Shown one piece after another: positions 30,103 through 44,697 of a DNA stretch of 64,000 nucleotides; within the stretch, counting starts at the first letter, position 1; every line of letters begins with the position of its first letter. The stretch covers positions 175,522,001 to 175,586,000 of the forward strand of contig OZ024740.1 in the NCBI GenBank assembly GCA_964016885.1, read 5' to 3'. The notes under the pieces were generated by a model. The model saw nothing but the letters and a program-made list of their open reading frames with translations. It was not told the DNA's origin and made no database searches. The DNA comes from Eledone cirrhosa. Taxonomy: Eukaryota. The position numbers and the translations under genes are program-made.

Positions 30103-30505
30103 GTGCGTGTGTGTGTGTGTGCGTATGTGTGTGTGTGCGTGTGTGTGTGCGTGCGTGTGTGTGTGTGTGTTTGTGTACAGAAAGTACTCAATACAGTAGT
30201 AGAGTAGAAATATTTGTTGGATTTTCAGATTACTCTTTGTTACTATTCAGATTTTAACAGAAGTCACTAATCGCGTAACTGTTTAATGATATATGAGACG
30301 TAGTTATGCACCAAACGATATTTATGAGTTTTCAGTCATTGGATGGAAAATTAATCAATTAAAACACAATGGAAAATAATGTGGAATGATGTCTACGATA
30401 TATATAAATATATTGAACCTAATATAACTAAAATTGCCTCCTGTGCTTTGTTTGTTTCATTTATTAACTATATATATATATAACAATTGAGTTGATAATG
30501 CAACA

Positions 30506-30586
<81 letters not shown>

Positions 30587-31747
30587 TATCTTACAGAGAT
30601 TAGAGATTGAAAATATGGAAGCTATTCAGTATTTCTTCGATAATGTTTTTTTATAATGTTACCAGACTACTTTCGTTACCTTTCTTACAATCCTGAAACT
30701 GGAATTCAGAAATAGAATTGTGAATTCTAATTTCTAACGATAACGTTGATGAAAATATACTGCTGTCAGGTCACATCCATGAACGACAACTTTTGGCGCC
30801 AAGTCATTAAATGAACGCAGATGAAGCTGCCTGAGTCCATCATTTTCCTTGCTATTAAATCCAGCTAAACATTGTTTGTATAAATGAAATACTTTTGCTG
30901 TTCGAATTGCTAGGTTTCCTTTAAAGTTAATCATAAGAGAAGAAGCAGTGAACATAACCTTTGCAATACCGAGGCTGGTGAGATTGAAGTACCGTGCATT
31001 GCGACGGTTGACCTAACATACAACTTGATCTTAAGATTCTCATCTCAAAATTCCGTGTAGGCTTATACATACCGTATAGTTTGATCTTCAGACATACAAT
31101 AACCTCTACTATGTTTTTTCTTATTGATGGCTGTTCCAGGGATGATTTAGCTCATTACTATAATATATGTACTGTATTATATTAAAACACGGTAGTACAC
31201 CTCCACTCCACATTAGTAAACCATACCTATTGATGACCGTCATAGAGTTATTCTATTAGATGAGTATAACATATATACCCTGTATATTAGTGCATATCGT
31301 AAAATAGTCATGGATGTGGAGAAGGAAAACGGAAAACAGTGCTCGATCAGGTATGAGAGCTGATATATTATATTATAGCGCTTGCTTCGTGTATGAACAT
31401 AAATAAATAATATAATATACTGTATATTATAAAGTAAAATATGGTAGTGCATCTTCTGCAATGTACTTATTGCTACTCTCCGTCAAAAAAGAAATAGGAA
31501 CTTCCAGTGATTTAGATCCGTATGACGATTTTTTTACACCAAACAATGAGCAGTATTTACAAGATTTTGAAAGATTAAAAAAATAATCATTGGGGTTAAA
31601 TTTTTGAAAATATGTATGGCCTTAGATTTTAAAATTACATCTAAAGATAACTATCAAGCAACATTTCTTTTAAGAACGGTATCGAAGAGTGTAATATTAA
31701 TGTCATTGTCTATTCAATTAACTGCTATTATTTATTATCAAATTACG

Positions 31748-31877
31748 CCCCTTTATGGTTTGAGTTCAAATCCCGCCGAGGTTAACTTTGCCTTTCATCC
31801 TTACGGGGTCGATAAAATAAAGTACCAGTAATGCACTGGATAATTGCTGGCCTTGTGCCAAAAGTAGAAACAATTAT
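31748..31877 (+). mobile_element. SINE family 1
   Basis: Match to 2624 copy. Confidence 0.85.
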
Positions 31878-32467
31878 TTATTATCAAATTGTTATTACAT
31901 CCGTAGTCGCATATATTATCCATATACGAAACATTGAAATATTGCACATTAACTAAATACTAACATATATCATCTGCCTTTTACCCACCTTGTAGATTGT
32001 CTCTCTGTTGACCACTGACAGCTGACCTCTGTCCTCTGGGGCACTTTTGCTCATCTCTGTCTTTGACAGTATTTAGCTATTTTAACGGCTGTTCTAGCGA
32101 TGTTTTTTCTCCTTTTTATATGTACTATGATAAATATTATTTTCTGTGACATCAATTTGTCATAAATACTTATATTCCTGTGACTTGGTTATTGTGGTAA
32201 CATGAAATTGCGTGGATAAATTGCATATTGTAATTATCTGATTGGTCGCTTGGTTTCAGGGGTGTTCCAGTCAGTGTTTACCATCGGTGAATTCGCTGTT
32301 GTAAGCAGCGCGTGATTTTTGTTAATGTACAGATTAAAACAAGTATAGTTGTAATAAAATACATGATAGGTGATAAGTTTGGGCTAGATTTGCCTGAGAA
32401 GGAGTAATTTAAGCTTGTCTGCGCTTTGGCATCTTTCTCTCTACTACTCTCTCCCCCCCCTCCTCCC

Positions 32468-32520
<53 letters not shown>

Positions 32521-32663
32521 TCTCTCTCTCTCAGTGTTGACAAGACATATCCATTCTCTAGATGGTCAGTGATAGAACAACATCTATCTACATCTCTTTT
32601 TATCTATTTTCTGACAATAAAAACAATATCTGGATAGATAGATGACAGAAGACAGACAGGCAG

Positions 32664-32706
<43 letters not shown>

Positions 32707-35175
32707 ACAAACTTGTCGTAATTTAGTGGACATATCCAAACTATAATAAAGTAAGGAGTGAGGGACTGCGTCCAGAATATATATTGTTTATCCCGTTTGT
32801 AAAATAAGTTGGATTACTTTGATTAAATAATGAATGAATATTACATAATTTATCTACTAAATTCCGTTATTCTTGATTAAATATATTTTATAGCTTATTT
32901 AATGATTCACTTCTTTAAAATTTTCAAATGTCAATACTTTCGGTTAGCGATAGCTTAAATAAACATTCATGTATTTCCGTTACTAATTTTCTCCTAATGC
33001 AGTTTATATATAATATCGTCTTTTTTTAATGTATCATGGATTACGTTACTGATTACATAAGACAGTGTAACGCAGTCTTCGTTCAATTTCTGTGTATATT
33101 GTCAATTACGATTTTATTTGATGTATCATATCGACCTGTATATATACGTGCGTATAATATTAACATGCACACTACACATACTAGCAGAAAACCTCCCGAA
33201 GGGTGGTTTTTTTGCTAGTGTTTCATAATGATACAAGAAAATACGGAAGAAAATTATTATAATTGATTTAAATGAATGTAAAATGAAAAGCAGTGAAGGC
33301 TGGTGTGACAAAAATGAGGACACGGAAAATTGTGGATTCAAGCATTTTACATATAATACTGTGATCATAGAATAATAAAATAATTTCAATATTCTTTTTA
33401 CTATAAACATCATTTTCACGGGTATAATGCTTGTTCTCGTATATCACAGATATATTTGTTAACTACATTAAATAAGTTACCAACCTGAAATTCAAATGGA
33501 CATATTTGTGGCAATTTGCTGGAGTTATGTTAAGTTGTACACATCGTTTAGTAGGAGCTCTGCCACACTTTTTATAACTCTGCTATAAAGTTTTTCATTT
33601 CATCCTCACCCTATAAATCGACTTTGGAGAAATGATTCCAAGCTTCTGTTTGGTTAATGCTCAGCTTGATCTTCTATAGGTTAATGTTTGAAGGGAAAGC
33701 ATTGGCCGTGAGTTATTTCCAGAGGGGGCTGTCTATGAGGCAAGATTGGCTGAAAATTTTAGTGTGTGGGGGATCTGTGGAGTAACACATAATGAGGATG
33801 GCACAAGAAAAGGCGTGGGTGAAAAACACAGGCAACCATTTCAGAAGAGTGAAAGTCACTGTAACAGAAAGGTTAAAATTACGCGTCTGTGTATCAATCT
33901 AAATACCTGAGTACGTGCCTGAAAACCAATTGAACTAAGACGTTTTGTCGCTGTGATGTAGCATCTATGTGTTAGAGCGGTTTAAAGCTCAGTACTGCAT
34001 GTAAAAGTATATCACTCGTGAGTTATATAGTCTCCTTTCCAAATAACCTCTAAGCAGTCGATAAAATCTCCCTCAACTAAAGCCTCATGAAAAAATGTAG
34101 GACACCGGATAATGTAATCATAGTTAAGTGCATATATGAAAAATAGAATGCTTTCGGGATTGACCTAGATCTAAAATCATCAAATGTTACTGCACACCCT
34201 CTATCGCAGTAGTACATACATTAACGTGAAGGAATTGTTATTGGTCCTCTTTATACCAATTTTAGTAACACTAGATGATAACGAAAAGTGGGACTTAGTA
34301 ACTCGGCTGGTCTTTTGCTAATTTATCCACAGTTCAACCATGATTGACCAACCCTTTACTCTGTGTGTGTTGAAGTATTGATATGCGTTACAATACTGTG
34401 ATCTGGTTTATTTCTGCAAGAACGGCGAAGTCTATGCTTCACTGAGAGGTTCGAAAAATAACTGGAGTTGGCTCTTTATGTTAGCTGAAATTACAAAAGA
34501 AATATTATTATACATTGAGCTAATATTATGCTTCCCTCAACGCATTGGTATTTCTAGTTAGAATTTCTGACGTTCATTGCATTAAATATATTCACCACTA
34601 TTAAATGATTATTTATATACGAATAGTGTTTCTGAGTAATTAATCTTTGAGGGTTTTATTTTCTACCAAAATTACTCTATATTTAGAAATGGAATGCAGG
34701 TCACGTAAAAAGAATAAAGTACCACATTTACATACAAGATTTTCATTTACCTCGAGTGTAAAAAGAAGTCCGGAGATGGTTCGGTGTCAGTCTATTGTTG
34801 TTGGTGATTACGGATCACATGGTATTAAATTCTCAAGCAAGAAATCTAATTGCATCGGTGCGAGTTCAAATTTCTACCGTGACCAAAATATAATATTCAT
34901 TCTCATAAGCTGATATGTTTAATTATGCATCTGATCACTAAAACTTTAAAATCCACTTTTGCTTAATGAAGTTGATGGTCAGCATATTGAAGAAAACAAA
35001 TATGTCGGTACGAGTTGATATCATTTGCATATAAAAACTATATTTCTTTTCACTTTTCTACATTTGTATATATTGCGAGATGCATTAAGAAACACACGTA
35101 TACACACATAAGTCTAGTAGCAGAAGCCCCCCTCCCGGAGGATGATATTTCTTACAGTATATATATATATATATT

Positions 35176-35470
35176 ACAATCGTGAGGTTGTGAGTTCAAT
35201 TCTCAGACCGGGTCATGCGCTGTTTCCTTGAGCAAAACACTTTATTTCATGTTGCTCCAATTCAGCTGTAGAAATGAGTTACGACGTGGCTGGTGCCAAG
35301 CTGTATCGACCATAGCCTTTCCTCCTCGGAGGCGCGGAGAGGGGTGGCTGGTATGCTTGTGCGAACGCTGGTCTTCTACAAACAACCTTGCCTGGACTTG
35401 CACCTCGGAGGGAAACTTTCTAGGTCCAAATCCCATGGTTATTCGTGACCGAAGTGGGGTGTTTACCTTG
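35176..35470 (+). mobile_element. tRNA-derived SINE family 2 (CORE-like centre)
   Basis: GTGAGTTCAATTC B-box-like motif then CCTTGAGCAAAACACTTTATTTCA; related minus-strand copies at 52979-53190 and 57089-57278. Confidence 0.7.
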
Positions 35471-35682
35471 CAGGTTTCCACCTGTTTTTGGTCGGCCGAT
35501 AACGTTGTTAGAACTCAATGTGGCTTTGAAAAGTTGGTAACAGCGATATTAGGCGGTGAGTGCTATACGTTTATAATAGCCGTTCATCCCATAAGGTTGC
35601 CTCGAAGATTCCGCTCAGCCGACAGAATCATTTATATAGGTTAAGAAACTCTCTTCGATTTTTGTTTTATTTTCATTGTTCA

Positions 35683-35757
<75 letters not shown>

Positions 35758-35928
35758 GAAGTGGTTACACAACAGTTAGTTCACCATACCGATAACAATA
35801 ATTGTTCTCGGTATGATGAACTAACTGTTGTGTAACCGCTACCACCTAACCCGTCCCATGGACTGAGTGCTCTACCACTACGGATATTACCTTCCAGTGT
35901 TCTACCAACTATATATATATATATATAA

Positions 35929-35968
<40 letters not shown>

Positions 35969-36147
35969 ATGCCTCAGTGTGTGTGTGGAGGGTAGTAGTG
36001 TCTGTTGCTCCAGCAGTATTATAACACGCTGTCTGTAACAGAACCAGTAAATGATTATTTATCGCGCTTTTTATTTCTCACTGCTTTTCCTTCTCAGTTT
36101 CATATTATATATAATTAAATGAATAAATATAGACACACTCACACAAG

Positions 36148-36214
<67 letters not shown>

Positions 36215-36917
36215 CATTTTGCAACGACCATATTTGCCAAACATTATATGCAAAAATATGTTCAAAAATACGATTACACATCAAATCTTCTGCCAAAATA
36301 TATAGAAAAAAGAAAGACATAATTGATTGGCGATTAAGTTAGAATTGATCAAAGAAATATAAATATTCACAATATTAAACTCACTCACAGATAGAAGCAG
36401 ACACAAACACGCACACATATACACATACACACATACTCGCACATACACACACACACACAAACACACATTGCAACAAAGATTTATATATCCCTGTTATTTA
36501 TTATTGCATAAGCATGAACCGTTTTTATTATTCATAACAATTGTTGTCTGATGTGCCAAATGCCAAAAGGCACATACGCACACACACATTTCTATACATT
36601 TACACACACACATGTCGATACATACATACACGCACATACATAAACACAGAAACAAACACACACACACACAAACTCATAGACACATGTACACTGACACCTA
36701 TATTCACACAATGATGTTAAGGAAAAACTAAAATATAACATATATGTACACATGAATACAACTTCACCGCCGCGTAGTTTATATGTAGGTTGATTAAACA
36801 ATGATCATTGGTGTAACATACGCACACACCAACACGCGTGCATGTGCACACATACATGCATACATACATACATACATACATACATACATACATACATACA
36901 TACATGCATGCATGCAT

Positions 36918-36993
<76 letters not shown>

Positions 36994-37377
36994 TCATTAG
37001 TTAAGCAAACCAAGACCACAAATTTCACAAGGAAGACATTGTTAAAAGATTGTCAACATAGTTTTAGTTTAACGTAAGGAATGTAAAGAATAATAATAAT
37101 AATACTAATAATGTCCGTTTACAATAGTTTCGCTACTCCATATAATGTTTCTGGATCAAATGATTATAGATCATTATTGATCTGGTTCACTTGAAGATAA
37201 TTAACTTAGGTAAAATTGGAGCAGTTCATCGGAACTTCAAAAAGAATATAAATTAAGGTAAAGAAAGATGGTTACATGAATGTAATGTTCCATATATTGA
37301 TATTTCACTATGGTGTCCTGGGTATATCTATTGTCTGCCATAGGCGAGCAATATTCTTCTGTCGAGGCTGCGTGGAT

Positions 37378-37555
37378 TGGCAGTATCGGTAGACATCGGA
37401 CGCCATGCTTTCCAGCATAGTTACGTCCCTTTACGATCTGAGTTCAAATCCCGCCGAGGTTGACTTTGCGTTTCATCCTTACGGGATCGATAAAATAAAG
37501 TACCAGTAATGCACTGGGTAATTGCTGGCCTTGTGCCTAAAGTAGAAACAATTAT
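37378..37555 (+). mobile_element. SINE family 1 inserted in left Penelope arm
   Basis: Absent from the matching right arm (about 39210). Confidence 0.85.
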
Positions 37556-38082
37556 GTGAGATCTGCCTATAGGTAACAAGATGGCCGCTAAAGGACATAT
37601 TTATCTTACTAATTAGAGGGTGGTTTATAGTTAAGAACTGCTAATGAGTTTAAGTGAGAGACAATGTAAGGGAGGTAATTTATAATTATCTAAGTTAGCT
37701 ATAACTATTTAACTTGTTAGCTATAAGCAAAAGTGGGAATAGATGACTATGTTGGGTCAAATATTCTGTTGGCGAAGGAATTAGCCCTTCGATGTTGACA
37801 GCTAATAGTTACCTCCGCTCTATCATTAATCGGTAGAGGTCGTGATAGAGTTATGTAATAGGCTTCGGTAAGTGCTGTGCTATTTACTACATACCTAAAT
37901 GCCATAACACAGCACTTCACTACAACCATAATAAACTTAGCATTAGAACTAGAAATACTTTAGCATATAGCCAGATTCGCCGGAATTTTAGCAGTAACAG
38001 CACCTATACAGGGAACCTTAATTGTGGCAGAAGCCTACTTCCCACTCTAAGTAGCAGACTCAAAATCAACCCTAGAATAGGA

Positions 38083-38900
38083 ATGAGCAATGGGATGACA
38101 AATAACAAATGCCCAGGTAATAATAACCCTATGAAGGCCCCTGCCAACTCCACTAGAACCCCTAGAAGGAATAGGCCTAGAAATATCACCTGGCTTAACC
38201 TCCCAATCTCATCTAACTTAGCCACTAATATCCCTAAACGCTTCTTCTCTATCCTATCTAAACATTTCACTCCCAACCATAGATATTACAAACTCTTTAA
38301 TAAAAACAGCATTAAAATCTCATTCTCCACAACACCTAACCTAGCTAGCCACATCGGATTCAGTAACCATCATAAACTAAGAGAATATAACTCCCACACC
38401 GTAGTACCCCCCCCCCCCCTCAAATACACCACGCCACTACACCAATACTTACTTTAGTAGCATACCTCCACCATCTAACCCTTCTAGCACGCACCAACCG
38501 CATAGTTTAAACAACCCTACTCTCACTAACCGCAGCAGTAACTGCAACTACCGTTACCCTAATGCATGCCCACTAAACGGACAATGCCTTACACCCAATA
38601 TAGTTTACAGGTGCACAGTTAAAACAGCATCGAATACCAGCTCCTATATTGGCTCTACCTCTAACCCTTTTAAGCTACGCTATAACACGCACTCATTTTC
38701 CTTCCGAGGCCCTAGCAATGGATGTTCGACATCTCTAGTTAGGCTCATTAAAAACCTTAAATTAACCAACATTGAACACTCACTAACATGGGATGTCTTG
38801 GCTAGAGCCCAACCGTTCAATAGACGAAGAAACTCTTGGGATCTCTGTCTTACCGAAGCCTATTACATAACTCTATCACGACCTCTACCGATTAATGATA
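38083..38900 (+). pseudogene. Penelope-like RT C-terminus + GIY-YIG endonuclease (frameshifted)
   Basis: RNITWLNLPISSNLATNIPKRF..KLFNKNSIKISFSTTPNL, then CN(Y)RYPNACPLNGQCLTPNIVYRC..SYIGSTSNPFKLRYNTH..LCLTEAYYI. Confidence 0.88.
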
Positions 38901-40235
38901 GAACGGAGGTAACTATTAGCTGTCAAGATCGAAGAGCTAATTCCTTCGCCAACAGAATATTTGACCCAACATAGTCATCTATTCCCACTTTTGCTTATAG
39001 CTAACAAGTTAAATAGTTATAGCTAACTTAAATAATTATAAATTACCTCCCTTACATTGTCTCTCACTTAAACTCATTAGCAGTTCTTAACTATACACCA
39101 CCTACAATTTCTAATTTCTCGAGGAGTTACTTCCCCTGAAACCACCCTCTAATTAGTAAGATAAATATGTCCTTTGGCGGCCATCTTGTTACCCATAGGC
39201 AGATCTCACATAATGCAGCCTCGACAGAAGAATATTGCTCGCCTATGGCAGACAATAGATATACCCAGGACACCATAGTGAAATATCAATATATGGAACA
39301 TTACATTCATGTAACCATCTTTCTTTACCTTAATTTATATTCCATTTGAAGGTCCGAGAACTGCTCCAATTTTACCTAAGTTAATTACCTTGAACTGAAC
39401 CAGATCAATAATGATCTATAATCATTTGATCCAGAAACATTATATGGAGTAGCGAAACAATTGTAAACGGACACTATTAGCATTATTATTATTATTCTTT
39501 ATATTCCTTACATTAAACTAAAACTATGTTGACAATCTTTTAATGTCTTCCTTGTGAAATTTGTGGTTTTGTTTTACTTAACGAATATTTCCAGCTCTGT
39601 GCACCTAACATCTGTATGAACCCAGCCACCTAGCTGCCTTCCACTGCATATTGTACATTGAGCACATGACAGAGAAGGAACGGGGGAAAAGAAAAAAAAA
39701 GATTGGGAAGAATGGAACACACGTGCGTATTCAGTGGGCCATTATATGTATGTGTCGGTGTGTGTGTTTTTTTGTGTATGGGGGGGGGGTCTGTATGCAG
39801 AGAGACGAGATTTAAGTATGATTAAATTGCCAACTTGGTTCTGCTGCACACTAACTTATACAGGCGCAGAAGTACCCTTTAGACGTGTCTGGCATACTAT
39901 CTTAAAGAGGAAACAAAGAAAGATATATAAAAGACGGATAACGCTTAGAAAAAAGCTTGAACATGTCAATCCCCTGTTTTGTGGCATAATTTGAACCAAT
40001 TTGGTGTTATCACCAAGGCCCCCCCCCCCCCCCCAAAAAAAAAGGTGGATGGCTTTTTACAATCCTTCACAACTGTCATTGAATCACTGTGTCAGTTCGT
40101 ACCTACTTATTAATTCAGTTCCATTGAAAAATAGTTATATAAAATCTAACACTGGGGTAATATTTCACCATAAGTACCAAATGAGCGGTTGACTCATCTC
40201 GTTTCTAAATCGACGAGTCCATAATAATAACAATA

Positions 40236-40281
<46 letters not shown>

Positions 40282-40284
<3 letters not shown>

Positions 40285-40946
40285 TATCTGAGGTACCCGG
40301 CTTCACCCGGGAGAACAGAGAAAACGACTGTATTGGATGTGTTGTCTGGTATGAGGTAAGATTGTAATGTGTGTGTGTGAGAGAGAGAGACATAAAAAAA
40401 CAAAACAATAATAAAACTTTCTTATTAGGCCGGGAAAGTAAACTGCCGATTAAGTGCTAGCATTGGCCTTGGATTTTAAATGTTGTGAAATAACCATAGT
40501 TAGTATGATCTTTTTCAGCTCCAAAGTACGTCATCTGAAACACAACAATATACCGCATAACATTGCTACTGAAGTATTGCTTTGTTTGTACGGTCTGTAA
40601 ATATGGATAAAAGCTGGAGGGTAGATTAATTTCAAATAGTATCAATTTTTCTTTGTTCTGTAAAATCAAAGACTGTAAAACCACTTTATAAAAGCTAACG
40701 CAATATTGTTAAACCTTCAACTGATACGTTTGTGGGACGTCACTCTCTCTCTGAATATATAATACTTTCATTGTATCTCTCTGTATAAGAGCCCATCTCT
40801 CTCTTTCTGCCTCTCCTACTGTGTGTGTGTCTCTCTCTCTTTAGATGTATGTGTATGTATTTGTGTGTGTGTGTGTAGTTTTCGTGTGATTTAACTAACC
40901 AGCCAGCCAGCCAACCAGCCAAACAAGAACCATCTTTTATATTATA
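40282..40946 (+). mobile_element. Possible non-autonomous Helitron/Helentron-like element
   Basis: Terminal TACTA..ACCCGG-CTTCA-CCCGGG hairpin; other end has (CCAG)n then CTTTTATATTATA. Confidence 0.4.
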
Positions 40947-41397
40947 AATATATTATGTTAAAGTTGAGAGCTAATGAAGCCGTTACTTCTCGCGCAGACC
41001 AGTTATTAGTCAGACATTTCTGTGATGAAAGCTTTTCTCTATAATTAGAAACAAACATCAGACATACACACGAGCCTATAACTTTTAATTATCTTGTTGA
41101 AACAAGGGCTTTCCCTTTTCCTTGTATCTGAAGATGAACATATTGATAACGAAAGAGCCCTTTAAACTACCTTTCCTTATTCTCATAAGGTTTGTTAATT
41201 TTTCGCTATTGAAGAAGAATCGACCCCACTACTGGACTGGTACTTTTTATATCGACCTCAAAAGGGTGAAAGGCAAAGTTTGACCACGGCGGGATTTGAA
41301 CTCAGAGCGCGCAATGAGGTGGGACGAATACCGTAAAATATTCTATCTGACGTCTTAACGACTCTGCCATTTTGCCGCCTTATCAGAATGTAAAAAT

Positions 41398-41728
41398 CTG
41401 GATTCATTTAAAATATTTAGTAGTATTTTTTCCAGTTCTCTAAATTCTGAGTTCAAATCCACTTGAATTTACCTTTGTTTTTCATCTTTCCTGGCCGATT
41501 ATATACAATATCGTTCAAGTACTGCGGTCGATTTAATATGTTTTTCGGTTCTCTACATTCTGGAAAACCGGAAAAATAACAACAATATGTTAAATTGACC
41601 GCAGTACTTGACCGGTACAGTAAATAATCGACCAGGAAAGATGAAAGACTGAGGTAAACTCAGCTGGATTTGAACTCAGAATTTAGAGAGCTGGGAAGAA
41701 TACTACTAAGTATTTTAAGCCAATCCAG
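41398..41728. repeat. SINE-derived foldback (two copies tail-to-tail)
   Basis: About 145-bp inverted arms each with TGAGTTCAAATCC and TTTCATC motifs. Confidence 0.75.
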
Positions 41729-42448
41729 GGCATTATTTTATTGATCGCAGATAGATGGAAGACAAATATGACCTCTGCTGAATTTGAACTCAGAATCTTA
41801 GAGCCGGAAAGAATATGGCAAGTTATGCTAAATGACAATCTAACGATTCTGCCAATTCATCGATCTTCGACGAGTTGATACTACCAAGTAATTGGTGTAG
41901 CAATCTATCGCTTTGGCAATGGTAATAGTGAATGTAAATGCTGGGGCGGTATGGCAAAATACGTAGACAGTCGGACGAAATACCGATGCAGACATTGCAT
42001 TTCACCCTTCCAGGTTTAACAAAACAGCTACCAGTCATGTACCCTGTAAACACTTTAACTACCTCTAGAACTATCTGAAAAATATTGCGACCATGTGCCA
42101 GATTTAAAAATCAATAACGAAAGAAAATGTTTAAACATAGAGTTGATGAATGTAAATACAGGTATACTTTTACAAACAAAGCGAAACGTGCTTATACAAA
42201 GACAACTTCGTATGAGAGATAGGGAATAAAATGCTTCTGTCGTAATGTATGCGGGTGAAGGCGCTTGGTATTGTTTTCATACTGCACACACAAGTCCCGA
42301 GAAACCGAGTGCTTCGCTAGAAGAGTCCAACGGGACTATTATTATAAAATGAAAAATGTGAGTGTAGGTGTTTGTGTGTACGTGTGCAAATTTATTTCTA
42401 CCCACCTCACCATCTCTCTCTACATATATAAGCATGCACATACATATA

Positions 42449-43345
42449 CGAGGTGTGTCAGAAAAGTTCCAGGACTGATGTCACAAAAGATTTATTTCAA
42501 ACCCAAATTTCACACTAAGAGTTTTCTCCTTCAAAGTAATCCCTCTGGAGTCTAATGCACTTTTCCATCCTTTTCTGCCACGCTTGCATGCACTCCTGGA
42601 AGGATTCTTCCGGGATCCTCCGCAGTTCCGTCGTCACGGCCTTGTTGGATTCGTCCACGTCTTCAAAACGGGTCCTCTCCGGGTCGTACTCGAAGATCCA
42701 TGACTCATCACCGGTGATGACTGTCCCTAGCAAGTCTGGTTCGGTTTCAAGACGCTCGAGGATGTCCTGGCACATTTGCATGCGTCGATCCTTCTGGTCA
42801 TCGTTCAGCAGTTTTGGCACCATCTTTGCGGTACAGAGTTACGGCATGTCCAAATCTTCAGTGAGAATCTTCCAGACACTGTCCCGATTCATGACCAGTT
42901 CATTTGCCATCAGTCGAACAGTCAGCCGACGATCGCTACGCACCATCTGCCTGACGCGCTCAACGTTGACCTCAGTCCTGGTTTTTGAGGGCCTTCCGCT
43001 CCTAGGGTCATCTTCCACGTCTCGAGTCCTTCTTTAAACATCTTGCACCACTCAAAAGCACGTGAGCGTGACATCGTCTCATCTCCATACACTTGCTGCA
43101 GCAATCCCAGTGCTTCTGACGGATTTTTCAAGTTTGTTCATTTTTCTGTGTTCATTGCTTGACTACCTGAAACAGAGGACAGGTATATTAAATTATGAAT
43201 AAAACAGTTTGATCGCTGCATAGAGCTAACATTACAGTTACATACTCCAGGGGGATTACTTTGAAAGTGAAAACTCTTAGTAGGAAGTTTGGCTTTGAAA
43301 TAAATCTTTTGTGACATCAGTTCTGGAACTTTTCTGACACACCTC

Positions 43346-43346
<1 letters not shown>
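42449..43346 (-). mobile_element. Tc1/mariner DNA transposon, internally deleted
   Basis: About 100-bp TIRs (CGAGGTGTGTCAGAAAAGTTCC), TA duplication, transposase motifs VYGDETMSRSRAFEW, VPKLL, VITGDESWIFEYDPE. Confidence 0.93.
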
Positions 43347-43391
<45 letters not shown>

Positions 43392-43506
43392 TATATTCAT
43401 ACGCATATCAATGTGTATATTTTACACATACATTTATATGTACATACATACATACATTCAAATAGATATATAGATATATACCTATAAATGCACATTCATA
43501 TGTGTT

Positions 43507-43549
<43 letters not shown>

Positions 43550-43588
43550 GATATTAATAAATGGAAACTATATTTATAAAACCATATT

Positions 43589-43650
43589 TATTTCATTATA
43601 CATATTTCAGGGATACCAAATTAAATTATGGTATGCCTTCATCAGTCAAA
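43589..43650 (-). ncRNA. Hammerhead (inverted copy, stem I 5' strand truncated)
   Basis: Reverse complement of the 43678 core. Confidence 0.65.
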
Positions 43651-43677
43651 GCTTATTTGTAAAACTGTTATATATTG

Positions 43678-43742
43678 TATTTTGTCTGATGAAGGCATAC
43701 CATAATTTAATTTGGTATCCCTGAAATATGTATAATGAAATA
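43678..43742 (+). ncRNA. Type I hammerhead ribozyme
   Basis: TATTTTGT-CTGATGA-AGG.ATACCA/TGGTAT.CCT-GAAATATGTATA-ATGAAATA. Confidence 0.85.
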
Positions 43743-43870
43743 AATATGGTTTTATAAATATAGTTTCCATTTATTAATATCGTATATCTACTCCAAATAC
43801 TTGTCGATTGCTTTATATCAGTTATAAAAATATTTACTTGTTGTATCCCAACAATTTTAAATAGAACTTT

Positions 43871-43931
<61 letters not shown>

Positions 43932-43934
43932 ATG

Positions 43935-43980
<46 letters not shown>

Positions 43981-44697
43981 CTTGTGTGTATCGGTATATT
44001 CAAACACATTCATATGTTCGCACATACCCGCACTTATGTCTGTATACTTATGATGTGTACGATTGCGTGTACTTACGTGTCCCAGCGTTATTTGTATACA
44101 GCCGTAATACGAAACTATTTTATAAGATCTATTAGACAATAAACCACTTATTGAACAAGCAATTTTCATGAAACATCTGGCAGTAGTAGGTTACAGGAGC
44201 AAGACAACAGCTGTAGGTATTCACACACATATACACACACACATACGCACATATGCATATTTACGTATATATACATATATATGTATATATATATATATAT
44301 GTTTATATATACATAAATATTTGTATATATACATATATATAATTTAAGAGGGTCATGCTGCCAATAAAAACTCACGCACCGAGGGGCTTCACTTCAGTTT
44401 ATTATTCTTGTTACTCTGTGTTTCCTCTTCTATTTTAATCCATCTTGTCTTTTTTAGGTTTATTTCTAGTCTGTCTATGCAATAAGTGATTGTGAGTGTC
44501 CCTGTATGTGTGTGTATCTCTGTATTGCTACTTGTATGAAATTCGGTGCTTAAAATGTGTGCATGTGTTTGTGCAAGCGTGTGTGTCTTAATGACTCGTT
44601 TCTCCTTCATGTCTGTGCGTCTCTGTGTCTTTTCCTCTTATCTCATGATCGTCATTAGGTAGTTGTTACTCTGTTTTATGTTTAGTATTCTCTATAG

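Larger units (their letters stand above)
36991..39670 (+). mobile_element. 5'-truncated Penelope-like element (Naiad-like) with long inverted pseudo-LTR arms
   Basis: Arms 36991-37872 and 38848-39588 are inverted copies; the centre encodes RT-thumb/linker and GIY-YIG remnants. Confidence 0.85.
43545..43870. mobile_element. Foldback element with two HHRs (same family as 53465-53783)
   Basis: Inverted arms 43548-43650 / 43681-43785; tail on the right; TA-flanked. Confidence 0.8.

Noticed and set aside
33181-33218. Hairpin plus T-run resembling a bacterial intrinsic terminator
   Set aside because: Eukaryotic context with no upstream gene
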